Shown one piece after another: positions 60,610-64,000 of a DNA stretch of 64,000 bases; the stretch's first letter is position 1, and each line of letters opens with the position of its first letter. This DNA is from Sporopachydermia quercuum (lineage: Eukaryota). Made by a program: the position numbers and the translations under genes. The notes beneath the pieces are model-generated. The model was not told the origin of the DNA, searched no databases, and saw only the letters and a program-made list of their open reading frames with translations. The stretch lies in contig BCGN01000009.1 of assembly GCA_001599295.1 (NCBI GenBank), forward strand, positions 186,001 to 250,000. The letters run 5' to 3'.

Positions 60610-60833
60610 GTATAGTTTCCTCTTCAGGTAGATCATATNGGGATGTTCACAAGATACTTTTTCGCCTTATAATCAAAAAAATTTTCTATTGTATGAAGCN
60701 GTTAACCTCTATAAAGCATCAACTATCTGTTATATGATTAATATTGTTCTTAAACGTTATAATGATTCCCAGACAAAGGAAGCTCACACGTTTTACCTTT
60801 GTTTAATATATCATTGTTTCAATTGATATTAAA

Positions 60834-62272
60834 ATGTCAGATGAAAGTCGAAAGAGAAAAGCTGGAAAGAGCTCTCANGGATCAACTGAACTGAAGATCA
60901 CTTCTTATCAGGATGACTGTCCAGTAGTATTAGGTATGTATTAATATATGTTACTAGTGTTAGTATTAACATTGTTATGAGATAACTATTTAACTGGAAA
61001 CAACTATACTTCAGGTTACTTTTTGCTTGAGACTCTCGAGACTCGATAAATCAACGCTTGTTGTCCTAATATAGTTCCCTTTGATGAAGTATCTTCTATT
61101 CTATTCCATGCAAGTTCTAACATTTAAAAGGCTCTTTTTTTAGTGGGTTCACACTTCCAGAATCAGGAGAATTTGATGTTTATAGCAAGAAAAATAACGC
61201 TGAATACATTTTACATGGCGAGGCCAGCAAGCCAACTATTTTCGTTGATGGTAAATCAAGCACTGATGGAGAAGAATACTGCGTGGGTGTTTACGATCCA
61301 AGTGATAAATCACTCAAACTATACAAAGCACCATTAGTAAAATCAACAGTGACAGCTGCGCTACATCAACGCTCAGTCAGAGATATCAAAAGTAGAGAAT
61401 TGACAAACATGGAACGTAGGAACATTCTTGGTGAGGAGTTTGGTACTAAAAAGGCTAAGAAGGCAATTTCAGATTTGGATAGAAATCGGGTTGATGCAAG
61501 TAAACTAGAAGAAATGCAACAAGAAATTGTTGAAGACGTTAAGAAAACAACTACTGATCTACCCACTCAACAGGAAATCAAGTCAGTTTTAGATGCGGAA
61601 CGCCCCATCCCGCCTTATCAANTAGATATCAATGATGTTCAAGAAGCGTATCCACTTGAAGGTATAATTCCTAACAGAGAAATGGCATTGGTGAGAGTTG
61701 ATAGGATAATGAAGGAAAAGAACCCCGAGAAGAAAATGGAGCTGCTACCAATCAAAAGTTCAAGATATATTTTGAACAGAATAGCAGATGCTTCCAAATC
61801 AACGATGAAAATACTTTATTATTTATCAGTGATGTTAGGATTCTATCAAAACAGGAGAGTTTCAAATAAGAACTCATTAATGAAGAAGATGGAAAATGTA
61901 CCTGATGGACTGATAGATGGTATTTTGGATAGATTTACTGTAACTAAAGCTTCTGAGTTTGGCAGAAGAAAGACTAATGGTTTCACTGTTGATCCCTATC
62001 ATGAGACAAAGTTGATTTGTTATATACTAGTACTAATGCTTCATATTGATGGCTTCAAAGCAGAATTGACACCATTATCTCAAGAGTTAAGTGTAGCTCC
62101 TTCTAAGCTTCGAGAACTATTCAAAGCTTTAGGTTGTTCAGTTGCTGCTGCTACAGTGAAAGATTCTGAGAAATTCAATATTCCTCGTGGGACTGCTCAT
62201 AGTTATCTTATTGCTACATTGAAGGTTCCATTGAAGTTACCTGATTTAACAAGAGGTAGAAAGAGAAGGTAA
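60834..62272 (+). CDS. RPA49: RNA polymerase I subunit A49; exons 60834-60933, 61131-62272
   Basis: Spliced MSDESRKRK...PVVLG|SFFSGFTLP..FDVY..EYILHGE, with LGEEFGTKKAKKAI, RPIPP, IDGILDRFT and ATLKVP. The intron is GTATGT..TTCTAAC..AAG. Confidence 0.93.
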
Positions 62273-63744
62273 ATGGGTACTAGTTGGTGATTCATTGAGT
62301 ATATAAATATAAATGGTTCTGGCAGTAACTTCTATTTTGTAGAAATAGTATTGTCTGAATTTATGGTTGAGTGTCGTAATGTCTATGGTTATNAGCTTTT
62401 AGTTTCAGTGTATAATGTGAATGCCAGCAATGGTTGCTCGATTTGGTTATTGTTATGCGTAAGAATGAAGACTTTCCAGCGAAACCTCTCCAAGTGACAT
62501 GAAACGATGAGCAAGCGTATCAAATTACACCTCCCATTTGATCTTGTATAAGCATTCAATGAATTAGACAGAATAGTTTTGAGTTATAAAGTAGAATGAA
62601 ATCAACATTGGTATTTATTTTGGTTCGAAAAAGTGTTCCAGCATTCATTATGATAATAGCATATGACCATGAAATTTCTATCGTTGTATCACGTGATATC
62701 TACTATTTTGATCTCTTACTATGTAACGAAAAGAAAGCAGATGTACTTTGGATATATAATATAACCAAGCCCATCTTTTAGTAAGCTCAAAAAACTTTAC
62801 TGTAAACAAACCGACACAAAACTGTATGACTCTAAGAATCTCATTTGGTGAGTAACCTAGGATTGGTCTCAACGGATATTTTGTTAGGTTCGAGAAACCT
62901 TGTTAGGTTATATCAGGGATGTATGTTCGGTTGGTTGGTAGGAAAGAAACACTATTTCTTCAGTCAATTATCTAGCAAATAAATAGATTACAATTTCTTC
63001 CAATGAATATAGTTCTTATGTTTCTGAATATTTTTCGTTTCACCTTCAATTTCTTTCGTCATACCAAACTGAACAGTGTTGGCTTCATCATAAATCGTCC
63101 AATAATCACAGTAATTTCAGTTTCAGAGATTATACCCGTCAACCTTTGACATATAACTTACGATTGATTTAATNAAATTGCATTCTCTCGCTTCATAAAA
63201 ATCTAGAGCTGGTATGAAAACGTATCATTTACTCTTCTTCCGTGTGTTCCCTATACCGTATTTTCGTTCCTGNAGGATCGATCTAGTGACAGTTCCTTCA
63301 AGAATAGGTTTACCATGATTACGTATTTATTATTACATAATCGAAATATATATTTTCATCTTCAGAATCAAGAACTCAAACACCTAAAGATAAATCTTAA
63401 CCACACATTCAATAAAAGTACTAGNTGAATATAACGAAGAGTGGAAAAATTGATAGCAACAATATTGAATCCGGTATTAAATCACCGAGAATTAAGGCTT
63501 GATATGTGATCTGAAATCGGCGTGACTTAATTACTATTTGTGGAGTTGGCAATTCCCGAAATTCATCTCATTGGCTTGATTCTCGCCTTAACCGTGACTG
63601 CTAACTGTTTACTTCATCGACAGACAATTGAGCTGCTCTAAATAACAAGCCACAGAACATAAACCATTAGAAAGCTAAGCCGCAACAGCCTCATATACTC
63701 CTCCTATCCTTCTTGCCCCTCATTTCACTTCCTGATCCGCTACA

Positions 63745-64000
63745 ATGTCTGGATCGCCCCAAAACTCAGCACTCCTTTCATCAGTCCCCACTCCCTTATC
63801 GTTCATCCCGTCAAAAGCCTCCGACAAACTACACAACGACTCAAAAAGTAAGCGCTATATCACTGCAATCGAGAGAGCCTTAACATTATTTGATGCTGTG
63901 GAAGAATGGGCCGACTACATCTCCTTTTTAGGCAAACTACTAAAGGCTTTGCGCCAACATACGGACCATTGGATTCCTTCCGATAATTTGGTTTCAGCTA
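63745..64000 (+). CDS. DOP1: Dopey family protein Dop1, 5' part only (runs off the window end)
   Basis: Open frame MSGSPQ...KRYITAIERALTLFDAVEEWADYISFLGKLLKAL matches the Dopey N-terminal signature. Not in the ORF track. Confidence 0.9.
   Translation, partial: MSGSPQNSALLSSVPTPLSFIPSKASDKLHNDSKSKRYITAIERALTLFDAVEEWADYISFLGKLLKALRQHTDHWIPSDNLVSA

Noticed and set aside
60934..61130. Intronic box C/D snoRNA in the longer RPA49 intron
   Set aside because: TGATGA occurs at about 61082, but no downstream CTGA box D or terminal stem lies within the intron.
1..64000. Transposons, LTRs, CRISPR arrays or prokaryotic defence systems
   Set aside because: No gag/pol or transposase ORFs, long direct or terminal repeats, or repeat-spacer arrays were seen. 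The GIS2 zinc knuckles are CNBP-type, not retroviral Gag.

Overview
This is eukaryotic DNA: a gene-dense chromosomal segment of a budding yeast (Saccharomycotina) that reads CTG as Leu and is unusually intron-rich. I support about 24 protein-coding genes: SSM4/DOA10, CDC26, IRR1/SCC3, EMC5, GCS1, SPS19, PSY2, NNR1, COQ6, FOL1, GIS2, RTC4, MRPL17, TEX1, NRD1, CRS1, RAD50, a YJR098C-like hydrolase, JJJ3, RPA49, a partial DOP1 and three unassigned ORFs. There are also two tRNA genes (Lys-UUU with an intron, Ser-AGA). I reconstructed 15 coding-region introns by hand, including all of EMC5, which is absent from the ORF track. Gene names come from recognising protein motifs, not from database searches. 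Main hunt results: (1) dense CGGA/TCCG motif fields written into the coding sequences of RAD50 and the neighbouring hydrolase gene, roughly 20-fold above a control gene by hand count; (2) a hidden 22-nt exon, 625 nt upstream, that splices a mitochondrial-type presequence onto cysteinyl-tRNA synthetase through an AAG acceptor; (3) non-canonical splice sites, probable 5'UTR introns and Nrd1-type motifs in the NRD1 leader. I saw no mobile elements, CRISPR arrays or rRNA.
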